Shown here: positions 47,535-57,913 of the stretch, piece by piece
How the letters are laid out: every line of letters begins with the position of its first letter
Position numbering within the stretch: position 1 is the first letter of the stretch
Origin: Vulcanimicrobiota bacterium
GTDB lineage: Bacteria > Vulcanimicrobiota > Xenobia > Xenobiales > JADMJV01
Length of the DNA: 64,000 nt
Direction of reading: 5' to 3'
Assembly: GCA_050250895.1 (NCBI GenBank)
Contig: JBFWNU010000005.1
Span: 128,001-192,000 of the forward strand
Notes under the pieces: generated by a model
What the model was told of the DNA's origin: nothing
The model's input: only the letters and a program-made list of their open reading frames with translations
Databases searched by the model: none
Translations under genes and position numbers: made by a program

Positions 47535-49197
47535 CTCGGTCTACCACGAGTCGTCTGCTTGTATCGTGGTCGACGGTGAGGTGGTAGCGGCCGTTGAAGA
47601 AGAGCGGTTCTGCCGTGTCAAGCACGGCAAGGTGGCTCGTGTCGATAATCCCCAGACCCTCCCTCTGGCTGCCATCGATTACTGTCTGCGGCAAGCCGGA
47701 GTGCGGCCACAGCAGGTCGAGCACATCGGTTACTCTTTCGACCCGGCCCGGCGGGTTGCTCCACCGCCAGAAGAGGTCGAGCCCGAGAGCTGGGGGTCGT
47801 CGATAGGCGAGGACACCTTCCGGCGTGGCCTGAGCGAGGTGCCAAAACTGTTGTCGGCTATAGGTCTGACCGGGTCGCTTCACTGGCTGGGCCATCACCT
47901 TTGCCACGCCGCCTCGGCTTTCTACGCTTCGCCCTTTGAAGAGGCGGCGGTGATGACCGTCGATGGCATCGGCGAGAATGACAGCTCGAGCATGGCGGTG
48001 GGACGAGGAACCGATCTGACCGTGCTCGAGCGGGTGGCCTATCCGCATTCGCTGGGTTTTCTGTGGGAGAAGCTGTCTGGCTTTCTCGGCTTTTCGTGTT
48101 ACGACGCTGGCAAGGTCATGGGGTTGGCTCCCTATGGTCGGGCCGAGCGCTTCGCCGTCGAACTGGCCAGCCTGGTCTGGCCCACTCAGGCGGGAGGCTT
48201 CCAGGTCGACCATCGTCGGCTGAAGTTTCGTAGCTCGGATTTTTCGCCTCTCGAGGAGCTCTTTGGTCTGCCTCGGCGAGGCCCAGAGCAACCCGTCCTG
48301 GAGGCTCATCAGGACCTGGCCGCGTCCCTCCAGGCCGCCACCGACAGAATTGTCCTGCATCGTACTCACGAGCTTTATCACCGAACTTCGCTGTCGTGTC
48401 TGGCCATGGCAGGAGGGGTGGCTCTCAACTGCATCAGCAACCGGGTGGCCTTCGAAGAGGGACCGTTTCAGGAGTTTTTCGTTCAGCCCGCTGCCCACGA
48501 TGCCGGGACGGCCCTGGGGGCTGCCCTCTACCTGGCGGCCCGCACCAGCGGAAAGCGGCCGCTTCCTTTGCTGGATCCCTATCTGGGCCCCCAGTTCTCG
48601 GCTGCCGAGATGGAGGAAATGCTGCGCGCTCAGGGTCTGGTGTTTTCCCGTCCCCGTGACCTGACCGGCGAGGTGGCCCGGCGGCTGGCCCAGGGCAAGC
48701 TGGTGGGCTGGTTTCAGGGTCGCATGGAACTGGGCCCCAGAGCTCTAGGCAACCGCAGCTTGCTGGCCGATCCACGCTGCCCGGCCGTGCGCGAGACGCT
48801 CAATGCTCGCATCAAGAATCGCGAAGCCTTCCGTCCCTTTGCCCCCAGTGTGCTCCAGGAGCGGCTGGGGGAGTGGTTCGAGGTCAAGAAGCCCACCTCA
48901 GCAGCCGAATCCATGCTGGTCTGCTATCCGGTCAAGCCCGAGCGACGCGATCAGATCCCGGCCGTGGTCCATGTCGATGGCAGCAGTCGCGTGCAGGCGG
49001 TGTCGGCTCGCTCCAATCCCCTCTTCCATGAACTGCTACAGAAGTTCGAGGATTTTACGGGCGTGCCCATGCTGCTCAACACCTCGTTCAACGACCGCGA
49101 GCCCATCGTGTGCACGCCGCTCGATGCCTACCTGGCTTACCAGCGAATGGGCCTGGACGCGCTGGCCATGGGGCCCTACCTGGTGGAGGCCCCGTGA
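47515..49197 (+). CDS. Carbamoyltransferase, NodU/CmcH family
   Basis: EEERF, HHLCHAAS, GKVMGLA, GPRALGNRS, FRPFAP, LNTSFN. Confidence 0.95.
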   Translation: MICLGVNSVYHESSACIVVDGEVVAAVEEERFCRVKHGKVARVDNPQTLPLAAIDYCLRQAGVRPQQVEHIGYSFDPARRVAPPPEEVEPESWGSSIGEDTFRRGLSEVPKLLSAIGLTGSLHWLGHHLCHAASAFYASPFEEAAVMTVDGIGENDSSSMAVGRGTDLTVLERVAYPHSLGFLWEKLSGFLGFSCYDAGKVMGLAPYGRAERFAVELASLVWPTQAGGFQVDHRRLKFRSSDFSPLEELFGLPRRGPEQPVLEAHQDLAASLQAATDRIVLHRTHELYHRTSLSCLAMAGGVALNCISNRVAFEEGPFQEFFVQPAAHDAGTALGAALYLAARTSGKRPLPLLDPYLGPQFSAAEMEEMLRAQGLVFSRPRDLTGEVARRLAQGKLVGWFQGRMELGPRALGNRSLLADPRCPAVRETLNARIKNREAFRPFAPSVLQERLGEWFEVKKPTSAAESMLVCYPVKPERRDQIPAVVHVDGSSRVQAVSARSNPLFHELLQKFEDFTGVPMLLNTSFNDREPIVCTPLDAYLAYQRMGLDALAMGPYLVEAP

Positions 49198-52100
49198 GCG
49201 AATTGGCCATCACCGGCCTGGCCTTGCGCTTTCCCGGGGCCAACAGCTGCCGGCAGTTCTGGGACCTGCTGCGCCATGGACGTGAGGGCATCTCGCGCTT
49301 TGCCCCGCGGCCCGACCAACCCGACTACGTGCCGGCCCGAGGCGTGCTGGGCGGGCTCGAGCACTTTGAACGGCAGCTCTTCGGGTTGAGCGCCAGCGAG
49401 ACCCGGATCGCCGACCCCCAGCACCTGGTTTTGCTCGAGTGTGTGTGGGAGGCGCTGGCTAACGGGGGCTATCACCCGGCCCGATTTGCCGGCAAGATCG
49501 GCATCTTCGCTGGAGCGGCCAGCAATGGACACCGGAGCGAGCCAGGCACCGACGCCCTGGGCAGTCTCTCGCGTGCCCTGGTCAACGAGGTGGACTTTCT
49601 CACCACCCGCGCCTCCTACCACTTTGGTCTGACCGGACCGAGCGTGGTGGTGCAGAGCGCCTGCGCCACCTCCCTGGTGGCCCTCCATCTGGCCGCCCAG
49701 AGCCTGCGCAATCGGGAGTGCGACCTGGCCCTGGTGGGGGCCGTTTCGATTCGCCTTCCCCAGACGGTCGGCTACCACTATGTCGAAGGAGGGATTCTTT
49801 CTCCCGACGGCCATTGCCGCCCGTTTGACCGCCAGGCCGCCGGCACCGTCAGTAGTAACGGCGCGGCTGTGCTCGTGCTGCGTCGCCTGGAGGAGGCCTG
49901 GCGCGAGCGCGACACCATCCGGGCCATCCTCAAGGCCACGGCCGTCAACCACGACGGCTCCAACAAAATAGGCTATACCGCCCCCAATCCGACTGCCCAG
50001 GTAGAGGTCATGCGCAGCGCCCTGGAGGCGGCCGGGGTCGAGCCCGCCCAGGTGGCTATGCTCGAGGCCCACGGCACAGCCACCCGGTTGGGGGACTCGG
50101 TCGAGGCCTGGGCCCTCGGTCAGGTCTACCAGTCGGGGACTCACTGGCTGGGCTCGGTCAAGAGTAACCTCGGCCACCTCAACACGGCCGCCGGTATGGC
50201 TGGATTGGTCAAAGCCGTCCTGAGCCTCGAGCACGGCCTGGTTCCGCCCACCTTGCACTTCGAGCAAGCCCACCCCGAGTTAGGCCTCGACCCGGCCGTG
50301 TTCACCGTGCCTACCAGTTGTCAGAGCTGGCCCGAAGGGCCGCGAATGGCTGCCGTCAGCTCGATCGGTTTGGGAGGTACCAACGCCCATACCGTGCTGG
50401 CTCAGGCTCCCGAGCGCAAAGCCCTGGAGGCCCTCGAACGGCCTCGTCTATACGTGCTCAGCGCCCGCACCCGGCCGGCCCTTGAGGCCCTCCAGGAGGC
50501 TATCACCTCGACCGGACCAGACGTGTCCTTCACCTTGCGCAACGGACGGGCCGAGCTTGACTGGCGAACTTTCAGCCTCGACACCAGCCAATGGAGCAGC
50601 CGGCGCCGACTCGAGTCGCCGCGTCTTGCCTTTGTCTATCCGGGGGTCGGCGATCACTATCCCGGCATGGGGCGGGAACTCTACCAGCGCGAAGCCGTCT
50701 TTCGCGACTCGCTGGAGGCTAGCCAGGCTTGTCTGGGCGGCGGCCTGCTCGAGCGGCTCTACAGGGGGCAGCCGCTAACCGGCGTCTGGGCTCATCTGGC
50801 CGTGGTGGCTATCGAGGTGGCCCTGACGTCGCTGTTGGCCAGTTGGGGGCTGCGGCCCGAGGCTACCCTCGGGCACTCTCTGGGCGAGTATGTCTCGGCT
50901 TACACTGCCGGCGTCCTCTCGCAGGCCCAACTGCTTCGTCTGGTCCGAGCCCGGGCCGAGGCGGTCGAAAAGCTCGAGCCCAGCGCCCAGCTGGTGGTTC
51001 CCCTTGGGGCCGCTCAGCTCTCGCTGGGGCCTGGGCTTCACGCCTGTCTGGAGAACGGACCGCACCTGACGGTGGCGGCCGGGTCTTGTCAGGCGGTTGT
51101 CGAGCTGCAAGAGCGCCTCAAAGCCGAAGGCGTGCCGAGCCAGACCGTGCTCGATGGCCGAGCCTACCACTGTCCCCTGGTCGAGCCAGCCCGCGCGACC
51201 CTCGAGGCGGTCCTGGCCGAGCTCGAATTCAACCCCGGCCAGGTGCCCTGGCTGAGCAACCTCGATGGCCAATGGAAGGATCGGGCCGGACCTGACCATT
51301 GGCTCGAGCACCTGGTGCGGCCGGCCCGCTTTTCTCAGGCCCTGGCTCGTCTGGCCGCCGAGCCAGACTGGGTGGTACTCGAGGTCGGACCCGGCACCAG
51401 CCTGCAAAGCTTGGCTCGCCAGGCCGGGCTCCCGCGCGTGGCCAGCTGTTTGGGCACGGCTCTCGAGACTGCCCGGGACGACCATCGCCGCACCCTGGCG
51501 GCGGTGGCAGAAGCCTGGACCTGGGGAGTCGATTGTGACCTGGCGGGCCTGGACCCTGATGGCGGCCGTGTGCCCCTGGCGCCCTATCCCTTCGGCTTGA
51601 AGGACGAAACAGGACAGCTGCCGTCAACGGCTCCTATGGATGCCCTCGAGCAGGTCTGGTGCGGGGTGCTGGGCCTCGAGCGCGTGGGTGACGAGGACGA
51701 CTTCTTCCGGCTGGGCGGCAATTCTTTGTTAGCACTGCAGCTGATTCATCGCCTCCAGGTCGACTTCGGACTAGGTCTCAAACTGCAGCAGTTCTTGCAG
51801 AATCCGACCCTGGCCGCCCAACGTGCTCTTCGCCTGGAGCAGGTGGACAGCCACCGCCAATTGATAGTGGGCGAGCCCGACCAGATTCACCAGCCCTTCG
51901 AGTTGACTGATGTGCAGGAGGCCTACTGGGTGGGCCGCCGCTCAGAATTCGGGGCCGAGGTCTCGACCCATGGCTACGCCGAGATCGACAGCTCCATCGA
52001 AGTCTCGGTGATGGAAAGGGCCTGGAACCGGCTCATCGCTCATCACCCCATGTTGCGAGCGGTGGCCAGCGCCGACGGCCGGCAGCGGGTGCTCAAGTCG

Positions 52101-55100
52101 GTGCCACCGTTCGTGATCGACCTTCAGCCGGCCGGGCGCGGCGCTGAGGTCCGTCGAACCCTGGAGAGCCGGGTGGTCGACCTGCAGCAGTGGCCCTGGT
52201 TCAAGGTGGTGGCGGTGGCGCTTGACTCGGGGCTCAGGCGCTATTGTATCAGCTTCGACCTGCTTTTCGGCGACGCCAGCAGCTGGCAAATGTTCTTCGC
52301 TCAACTCCATCAATTGTGCCACCAGCCCGAGGCCCCTTTGCCGGCCTGCGGCCTCACCTTTCGCGACTATGTGCTGGCCGAGCGCCGCCAGCGCGAGGGG
52401 CAGTCCTATCAGGCCTCGCTGGCCTACTGGCGAGGGCGGCTCGACAGCCTGCCGGCGGCTCCCCAATTGCCGCTGGTCGAGGGGGCCGACACAAGTCGCT
52501 TTCGACGCCGGTCGGGGCGGCTCGAAGCCGACCTGTGGCAGGCCCTCAAAGGGCGCGCAAGCAAGCTGGGATTGACCCCTTCGGGCGTGTTGTTGAGCGC
52601 CTTCTCGCAGGTTTTGGCCCATTGGAGTCGCAGCCGCCATTTCACCCTCAACCTCACTCTTTTTCATCGCCAACCCCTGCATCCCGACGTGGACCGGATC
52701 TTTGGCGACTTTACCTCGCTGGCGCTGCTCGAGGTCGACCTCTCGCCCGAACAATCGTTCACGGCCAGCTGTTTGCGCTTGCAGCGACAACTCTGGCAAG
52801 ACCTCGAACATCGCCAGGTTACGGGCGTGCGCGTCTTGCGCGAGCTTCGCCAGCGGCTGGGCCTCAAACCCGGCCCTCTGATGCCGGTGGTGTTCACCAG
52901 CACCCTGGGCCTGGGGCCGGAGGGTAGCGATTCTTCGGTGCCGGGTCAACTGGCCCGTCTGGGAGAGATGGTCTACGCTCAATCGCAGACCCCGCAAGTT
53001 TGGCTAGACCATCAGGTCTTCGAGCGAGGCCAGAGCCTGCACTTCAACTGGGACTTTCCTGACGAGCTTTTCCCGGATGGAGTCCTTGACGACCTCTTCG
53101 AAGCCTACCAGGACCTGCTCCAGCGGCTGGCCGAACAGTCCGAGCTGTGGGATTGCCGGCAACTGGACCTGACTCCCCACGACCACCGAATGCTCTACCA
53201 GGCCCTCAACGATACTTCCCGGGACTTTCGCCCCCAGCAGTGCCATCAGCCCCTTTGGGAGCAGTACCTGGCTCGCCCCGAGGCGGTGGCCGTGGTGGAC
53301 TGCATCAGGCCCTGGACCTATGCCCAGCTATGGCGGCGCGCCGCCGGTCTGGCTCGCCAGCTCGAGCAAAGGGGCTTTGCCGGCCGCCAAACGGTGGCCG
53401 TGGTGGTCGAGCGGGGCGGGGCCCAGGTGGCAGCCGTCCTGGGTGTGCTGCTGGCCGGCGGCAGCTATTGTGGGCTGGCCTGTGACGACCCGCGTCTCGA
53501 GGAGTGTATGACCTCGGCCGCTATCGAGTGGTTGGTCACCACCGAGCCCGAACTGCTGGGCAAGGTGGCCAACTGCCTCTACTGGGGAGAGGTTCCCGAG
53601 GCCCCGCCAGTGGCTCGCTTCGGCGACCCGGAAGACCTGGCCTATCTGATTTTTACCTCGGGTAGCACGGGCACGCCCAAGGCCGTGACCATTCGCCACC
53701 GGAGCGTGGCCAACCGGCTGCAAGACGTTCAGGAGCGGTTGGGGGTGAGCCCCACCGATGTCGGTTTGGCCCTGGCTCCGCTCCACTTTGATTTGAGCGT
53801 CTTCGACATCTTTGGCATTCTGGGAGCGGGCGGGCGACTGGTCTTTCCCGACCCCGAGCGCGGGCGCGACCCCGCTCACTGGGCCGAATTGCTCGAGCGC
53901 GAAGGGGTGACCCTCTGGAATTCGGTCCCGGCTTTCATGGAGATGTTGCTAGATTGGATCGGCGCCGGCCAGCTGGCCACCAGTCTGCGCCAGGTGATTC
54001 TCTCGGGGGATTTTCTCTCTCCCACTTTGCCACAGCGGCTAGCTGCCTGCAGTTCGGCTCGCCTGCTCAGTGGCGGGGGGGCCACCGAAACCACCATCTG
54101 GGATATTTGCCATTCGGTCGAGGGCAACCCTTCGGGCGGGCCCATCCCCTATGGCAGGCCGATGAACAATGCCCGCTACTACGTGCTCGACGAGCATCGG
54201 CAACTGCGTCCGGCCGGGGTGGTCGGCCACCTCTACGCAGCCGGAGAAGGGATGGCCGAAGGCTATCGGGGCGCGCCCGAGCTCAGTGCCCATCGATTTC
54301 CGGTGCATCCCGAGTTGGGTCGATTGTATTGCACCGGCGATCTCGGACTGCTTTCGAAAGCCGGCTATTTCGAGATTCGCGGGCGGGCCGACCAGCGCCT
54401 GAAGATCCGAGGAGTGCGGGTCGAGGCGGGCGAGGTCGAGGCCGCCCTGGTGGCCTCGCCGGCCGTCGAGCAGGTCGCCGTGGTGGCCCGCGGCGAGCCC
54501 GGACTGCAGAAGCTTTACGCCTTTTATCAGGGGCAGGTTGCACCCGACCAGCTGCGCGATTGGGCCCGGGCTCGTTTGCCCGCCTCGATGGTTCCCTCCC
54601 ACTTTGTTGCCCTCCCCAGGCTGCCGCTGGGCCCGACCGGCAAAGTGGACCGTGGCGCTTTGCCGGTGACCGAGGTCAAGAGCGAGGGGGCGCCTCCGGC
54701 CCACTCCCAGACCCAGCGCCTGGTGAAGCTCATCGGCGAGGTCCTGGCGGTCGAGGTCGGTCCCGACACCAACCTCATCAAGGCCGGGGCCACTTCGGTC
54801 GACATGGTGCGCCTGGCCAACCGCATCCAGGACGAACTGGGCGTCCGTCCGCCGCTTGATCTGTTGTATGAGGGGGCCTGTGCGGCTGCCATCGCGGCCG
54901 GGCTGGAACCCGCCTCGGCCGTCCCGGTGGCCTTGGGCGCCCTTCGCGATCCCGACGAGCAAGAGCGATTTCGCGACGCCCGCCACTGGCACCGCCAGCT
55001 TGAGGACCCGGGCCACGAGCTGGTCCGCAGCCCTTCGGTCAGTCGCCGTCGCAGCCAGCGCCGCTACGCCCTCACGCCCATCGCCAGTGCGCAGCTGGGA

Positions 55101-55670
55101 GGCTGGCTGAGTTGCCTGGGCCTGGGCCCGGATGGATTCGAGTATCCTTCGGCCGGCGGCCTGCAGCCGGTGCAGACCTATCTGTATCTCAAGAAGGGTC
55201 GGTTTGAAGAGCTAGCCGGCGGAACCTACTACTACGACCCGGTGGCCCATCGCCTGGTGGGCCTGGCGCCGGGGGCCGAGGTCTCTCGCAGACTCTATGG
55301 CCTGCATCCCAACCGGCCCATCTTCGACGAGGCCGCCCTGGGCCTCTATCTGGTGGCCGACCTCAGGGCCATCGAGCCGATCTATGGTGGACACGGGCTA
55401 GAGTTCTGCCTGCTCGAAGCCGGGTATATGAGTCAGCTGCTGATGGAACGGGCCGACCAGTCCGGCCTCGGTGTTTGTCCTATCGGTAACCTGGATTTCG
55501 AGCCGCTAAGACCGCTTTTCTTGCTGGACACCGAGCACCGCCTGGTTCACTCGTTGCTGGGGGGCATTCCCGACCTCTCAAGCAGCACCAGCCAGGGGGC
55601 CGACCGCCTGCTCGAGCAGGTCAAGACGCTCAGTCCCGAGCAGGTTCGTCGTCTGCTCGAGGAGCGTTAA
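49194..55670 (+). CDS. Hybrid PKS-NRPS KS-AT-ACP-Cy-A-PCP-Ox
   Basis: KS SACATS/EAHGT/GHL; AT GHSLG; ACP GGNSL; Cy DLLFGDASS, PVVFTS, SQTPQV; A DLSVFDI; PCP GATSV; Ox YPSAGGL. Confidence 0.92.
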   Translation: MSELAITGLALRFPGANSCRQFWDLLRHGREGISRFAPRPDQPDYVPARGVLGGLEHFERQLFGLSASETRIADPQHLVLLECVWEALANGGYHPARFAGKIGIFAGAASNGHRSEPGTDALGSLSRALVNEVDFLTTRASYHFGLTGPSVVVQSACATSLVALHLAAQSLRNRECDLALVGAVSIRLPQTVGYHYVEGGILSPDGHCRPFDRQAAGTVSSNGAAVLVLRRLEEAWRERDTIRAILKATAVNHDGSNKIGYTAPNPTAQVEVMRSALEAAGVEPAQVAMLEAHGTATRLGDSVEAWALGQVYQSGTHWLGSVKSNLGHLNTAAGMAGLVKAVLSLEHGLVPPTLHFEQAHPELGLDPAVFTVPTSCQSWPEGPRMAAVSSIGLGGTNAHTVLAQAPERKALEALERPRLYVLSARTRPALEALQEAITSTGPDVSFTLRNGRAELDWRTFSLDTSQWSSRRRLESPRLAFVYPGVGDHYPGMGRELYQREAVFRDSLEASQACLGGGLLERLYRGQPLTGVWAHLAVVAIEVALTSLLASWGLRPEATLGHSLGEYVSAYTAGVLSQAQLLRLVRARAEAVEKLEPSAQLVVPLGAAQLSLGPGLHACLENGPHLTVAAGSCQAVVELQERLKAEGVPSQTVLDGRAYHCPLVEPARATLEAVLAELEFNPGQVPWLSNLDGQWKDRAGPDHWLEHLVRPARFSQALARLAAEPDWVVLEVGPGTSLQSLARQAGLPRVASCLGTALETARDDHRRTLAAVAEAWTWGVDCDLAGLDPDGGRVPLAPYPFGLKDETGQLPSTAPMDALEQVWCGVLGLERVGDEDDFFRLGGNSLLALQLIHRLQVDFGLGLKLQQFLQNPTLAAQRALRLEQVDSHRQLIVGEPDQIHQPFELTDVQEAYWVGRRSEFGAEVSTHGYAEIDSSIEVSVMERAWNRLIAHHPMLRAVASADGRQRVLKSVPPFVIDLQPAGRGAEVRRTLESRVVDLQQWPWFKVVAVALDSGLRRYCISFDLLFGDASSWQMFFAQLHQLCHQPEAPLPACGLTFRDYVLAERRQREGQSYQASLAYWRGRLDSLPAAPQLPLVEGADTSRFRRRSGRLEADLWQALKGRASKLGLTPSGVLLSAFSQVLAHWSRSRHFTLNLTLFHRQPLHPDVDRIFGDFTSLALLEVDLSPEQSFTASCLRLQRQLWQDLEHRQVTGVRVLRELRQRLGLKPGPLMPVVFTSTLGLGPEGSDSSVPGQLARLGEMVYAQSQTPQVWLDHQVFERGQSLHFNWDFPDELFPDGVLDDLFEAYQDLLQRLAEQSELWDCRQLDLTPHDHRMLYQALNDTSRDFRPQQCHQPLWEQYLARPEAVAVVDCIRPWTYAQLWRRAAGLARQLEQRGFAGRQTVAVVVERGGAQVAAVLGVLLAGGSYCGLACDDPRLEECMTSAAIEWLVTTEPELLGKVANCLYWGEVPEAPPVARFGDPEDLAYLIFTSGSTGTPKAVTIRHRSVANRLQDVQERLGVSPTDVGLALAPLHFDLSVFDIFGILGAGGRLVFPDPERGRDPAHWAELLEREGVTLWNSVPAFMEMLLDWIGAGQLATSLRQVILSGDFLSPTLPQRLAACSSARLLSGGGATETTIWDICHSVEGNPSGGPIPYGRPMNNARYYVLDEHRQLRPAGVVGHLYAAGEGMAEGYRGAPELSAHRFPVHPELGRLYCTGDLGLLSKAGYFEIRGRADQRLKIRGVRVEAGEVEAALVASPAVEQVAVVARGEPGLQKLYAFYQGQVAPDQLRDWARARLPASMVPSHFVALPRLPLGPTGKVDRGALPVTEVKSEGAPPAHSQTQRLVKLIGEVLAVEVGPDTNLIKAGATSVDMVRLANRIQDELGVRPPLDLLYEGACAAAIAAGLEPASAVPVALGALRDPDEQERFRDARHWHRQLEDPGHELVRSPSVSRRRSQRRYALTPIASAQLGGWLSCLGLGPDGFEYPSAGGLQPVQTYLYLKKGRFEELAGGTYYYDPVAHRLVGLAPGAEVSRRLYGLHPNRPIFDEAALGLYLVADLRAIEPIYGGHGLEFCLLEAGYMSQLLMERADQSGLGVCPIGNLDFEPLRPLFLLDTEHRLVHSLLGGIPDLSSSTSQGADRLLEQVKTLSPEQVRRLLEER

Positions 55671-56658
55671 TCGCTTTGAAATACTCGGGATAACTCGGTG
55701 CCTCGAGACCGCTCCAGCCAAATCCGCCCTGGTTGCGGCTAAAGCCCGCCAGGCGCAAGCTGATGTCCATCATGCGGTTGCGGGTATTGGCCTGGTAGTC
55801 CACCTGCAGACTCAAGCCGGCGCCCTGGGCCCGCCGCATCAGGTAGGTCAGCAGACCGATGCCCACCCCTCGGTTGAGGACGCGGCAAGAGGTCAATAAG
55901 AGCCGGCAACGATGTTGGGGCGGCCGTTCGTCGACTAGCGCCAGAGCCACCGTGCCGTAGTCTCCGAAACGATCGCAAGCCCGCATCAGCCAGCAGCGCA
56001 CGCCTGCTTCCATCAGCTGCTGCAGGTCCTCGCCTCGATAGACCAGGCCGGTGCTGTTGAGCTGGGTAGTGCGGGCGGTCAACTCTTCGGCTCGGCTCAG
56101 GTGCTCTGGCCCGGCCTCGAAGATATCGAGCTCCAGCTCGAGTTCGGCCAGAAATTCTAGCGACGGTCTCTGATGTTCTTGCTCGGCTTGCTGGCGGCGG
56201 ATCTCGAGTTGCACCAGTTCTCGACGACGGCCCGCTTCGGGGCTCCGTGACCGGGGGCTGAAGGCTTCCATCGAGGCCACTTCGCCCAGTTGGGTGACGT
56301 CGAGACAGAGCACCTGCGGATGGACACTGGCCACCTCGGCGCGTTCCACCGGGCAGTCGTCGACAAAGGCGATGTTGCCCGGAGCCAGTTGCAGCTGTTC
56401 GGCGATACGGGCGATGGCCACGGACTTCGCCGACCAGCCGATTTGAGGATAGACGAAATAGTCGTCCAGTCCGTGCGAGCGCAGGTGCGACAAGACCAGA
56501 GCGTTATCGTTCTTGCTGGCGATCGAATGTAGGATGCCGCGCTCATCGAGCACACGCAGGGCGGCCTCTGCCTGGGCTCGAGGGCGGGCCGGATCGCCTT
56601 CGCTCAGGACACCCTCCCAGAGGGTCTCGTCAAGGTCCCAGACCAGGCATTTGATCAC
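55630..56658 (-). CDS. FkbH-like glyceryl transferase (HAD-IIIC)
   Basis: VWDLDETLW, ASKN, FVDD, DRFGDYG, SCRVL. Confidence 0.9.
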   Translation of the reverse strand: MIKCLVWDLDETLWEGVLSEGDPARPRAQAEAALRVLDERGILHSIASKNDNALVLSHLRSHGLDDYFVYPQIGWSAKSVAIARIAEQLQLAPGNIAFVDDCPVERAEVASVHPQVLCLDVTQLGEVASMEAFSPRSRSPEAGRRRELVQLEIRRQQAEQEHQRPSLEFLAELELELDIFEAGPEHLSRAEELTARTTQLNSTGLVYRGEDLQQLMEAGVRCWLMRACDRFGDYGTVALALVDERPPQHRCRLLLTSCRVLNRGVGIGLLTYLMRRAQGAGLSLQVDYQANTRNRMMDISLRLAGFSRNQGGFGWSGLEAPSYPEYFKAINAPRADDEPARD

Positions 56659-57689
56659 AGCAGCTCCTTCCCCAAAAAGGCGGCCAACACCGGTTGGCTG
56701 CCTTCGATGATCTCCATGACTTTCGAGTCGCGCAGGTGTCGCTGCAACGGATTCGATAGCAGGCATCCTACCCCACCTTGTAGGCACACAGCAACCTCGG
56801 CCGCCCGTCGATAGCTGGCGGCGGCGGCAAATTTGGCGGCCATGGCCAGACTGGCACAGTCGGGCTCGCGTTCTTGCCAGGCCCGGCTGGCTCGTCTGGC
56901 CAGTCCTTCCAGGGCCAGAGCCTCGACCCGCATCTGGCCCAGGCTGGCCAAAACCTGGCCATGCTCACCCAACCCGCGCGCGCGAACGTGCTCGATACTG
57001 GATTCAAGGCAGGCCTCAAGCCCCCCCAGGCAGCCCCAGGCGACACCCAGCCGCCCCAGGGTCAAGCACTCCTGAACCACCAGGGCCAACCCCAGACCTT
57101 CGCCCCCTACCAGCTGGTTGGCCTCTACTCTACACGCATCGAAATGGACCGATGCGCTCAGGCTGGCCTGCAACCCGGCCAACGGCTCGGAGGGCTCGAC
57201 CCGGAGTCCCTCTTGCTCGCGGCTAACCCAAAAGGTAGTCAGCCCACCCGGCGCCCTGGCCAGCACCAGAAAGGCATCGGCTATCTGGCCGAACGAAACC
57301 CAGGTCTTGGTTCCGCTCAGCCGATAGCCTGTCTCATCGAGTCGGGCTCGACAACGGACCCGGTCCAGGCGGGTTCCGGCGCCCTCTTCCGAAGCGGCGA
57401 AGGCGGCAAATTTGCTGCCCGCCTCAAGAGGCCCTCGCCATCGCTCGACCAGCGAAGATTGGGCTCGCCGAACCAGGGCCAACAACGCCATGGAGTGGAC
57501 CGTGACCAGGGTGCGTAGCGACCCCGAGCTGGCGCCGAGCTGGCGATTGATTTCGGCAAACTCGAGGCTGTCGGCGTGACTGGCCAGCGCTCCCGAGGCT
57601 GCCAGCCGGATAAGGACCGAGGTGGGCAAGCTACCCTCTTCTTGGGTGGGAAGCTCGAGCTGGCGAGCAAACGCCTTCCAATCGGTCAA
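56655..57689 (-). CDS. Acyl-ACP dehydrogenase (FkbI/ZmaE-like)
   Basis: LVTVHSM, GTKTWVSFG, RDSKVMEIIEGS. Confidence 0.85.
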   Translation of the reverse strand: MTDWKAFARQLELPTQEEGSLPTSVLIRLAASGALASHADSLEFAEINRQLGASSGSLRTLVTVHSMALLALVRRAQSSLVERWRGPLEAGSKFAAFAASEEGAGTRLDRVRCRARLDETGYRLSGTKTWVSFGQIADAFLVLARAPGGLTTFWVSREQEGLRVEPSEPLAGLQASLSASVHFDACRVEANQLVGGEGLGLALVVQECLTLGRLGVAWGCLGGLEACLESSIEHVRARGLGEHGQVLASLGQMRVEALALEGLARRASRAWQEREPDCASLAMAAKFAAAASYRRAAEVAVCLQGGVGCLLSNPLQRHLRDSKVMEIIEGSQPVLAAFLGKELL

Positions 57690-57913
57690 AGCTTGGCCCT
57701 CACCAGGCCAATCAGCGCTTGAAAGCTTTGAAAGTTGGCTCGCTGGAGATCGTCGGGCCCCAGTTGAATGGAGAATTCTTTCTCGAGAAACATGACCAAC
57801 TGCAAAGCGAATAGACTGGTCAGATAACCCGACCCGAAAAGGTCTGCTTCGGTCAGGGCTCGCTCGGGCACGTGACGCAACAGATATTCGCGCACGCGTT
57901 GCTCAATTCTCAT
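57686..57913 (-). CDS. Stand-alone acyl carrier protein (FkbJ/ZmaD-like)
   Basis: LFGSGYLTSLFALQLVMFLEKEF. Confidence 0.88.
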   Translation of the reverse strand: MRIEQRVREYLLRHVPERALTEADLFGSGYLTSLFALQLVMFLEKEFSIQLGPDDLQRANFQSFQALIGLVRAKL

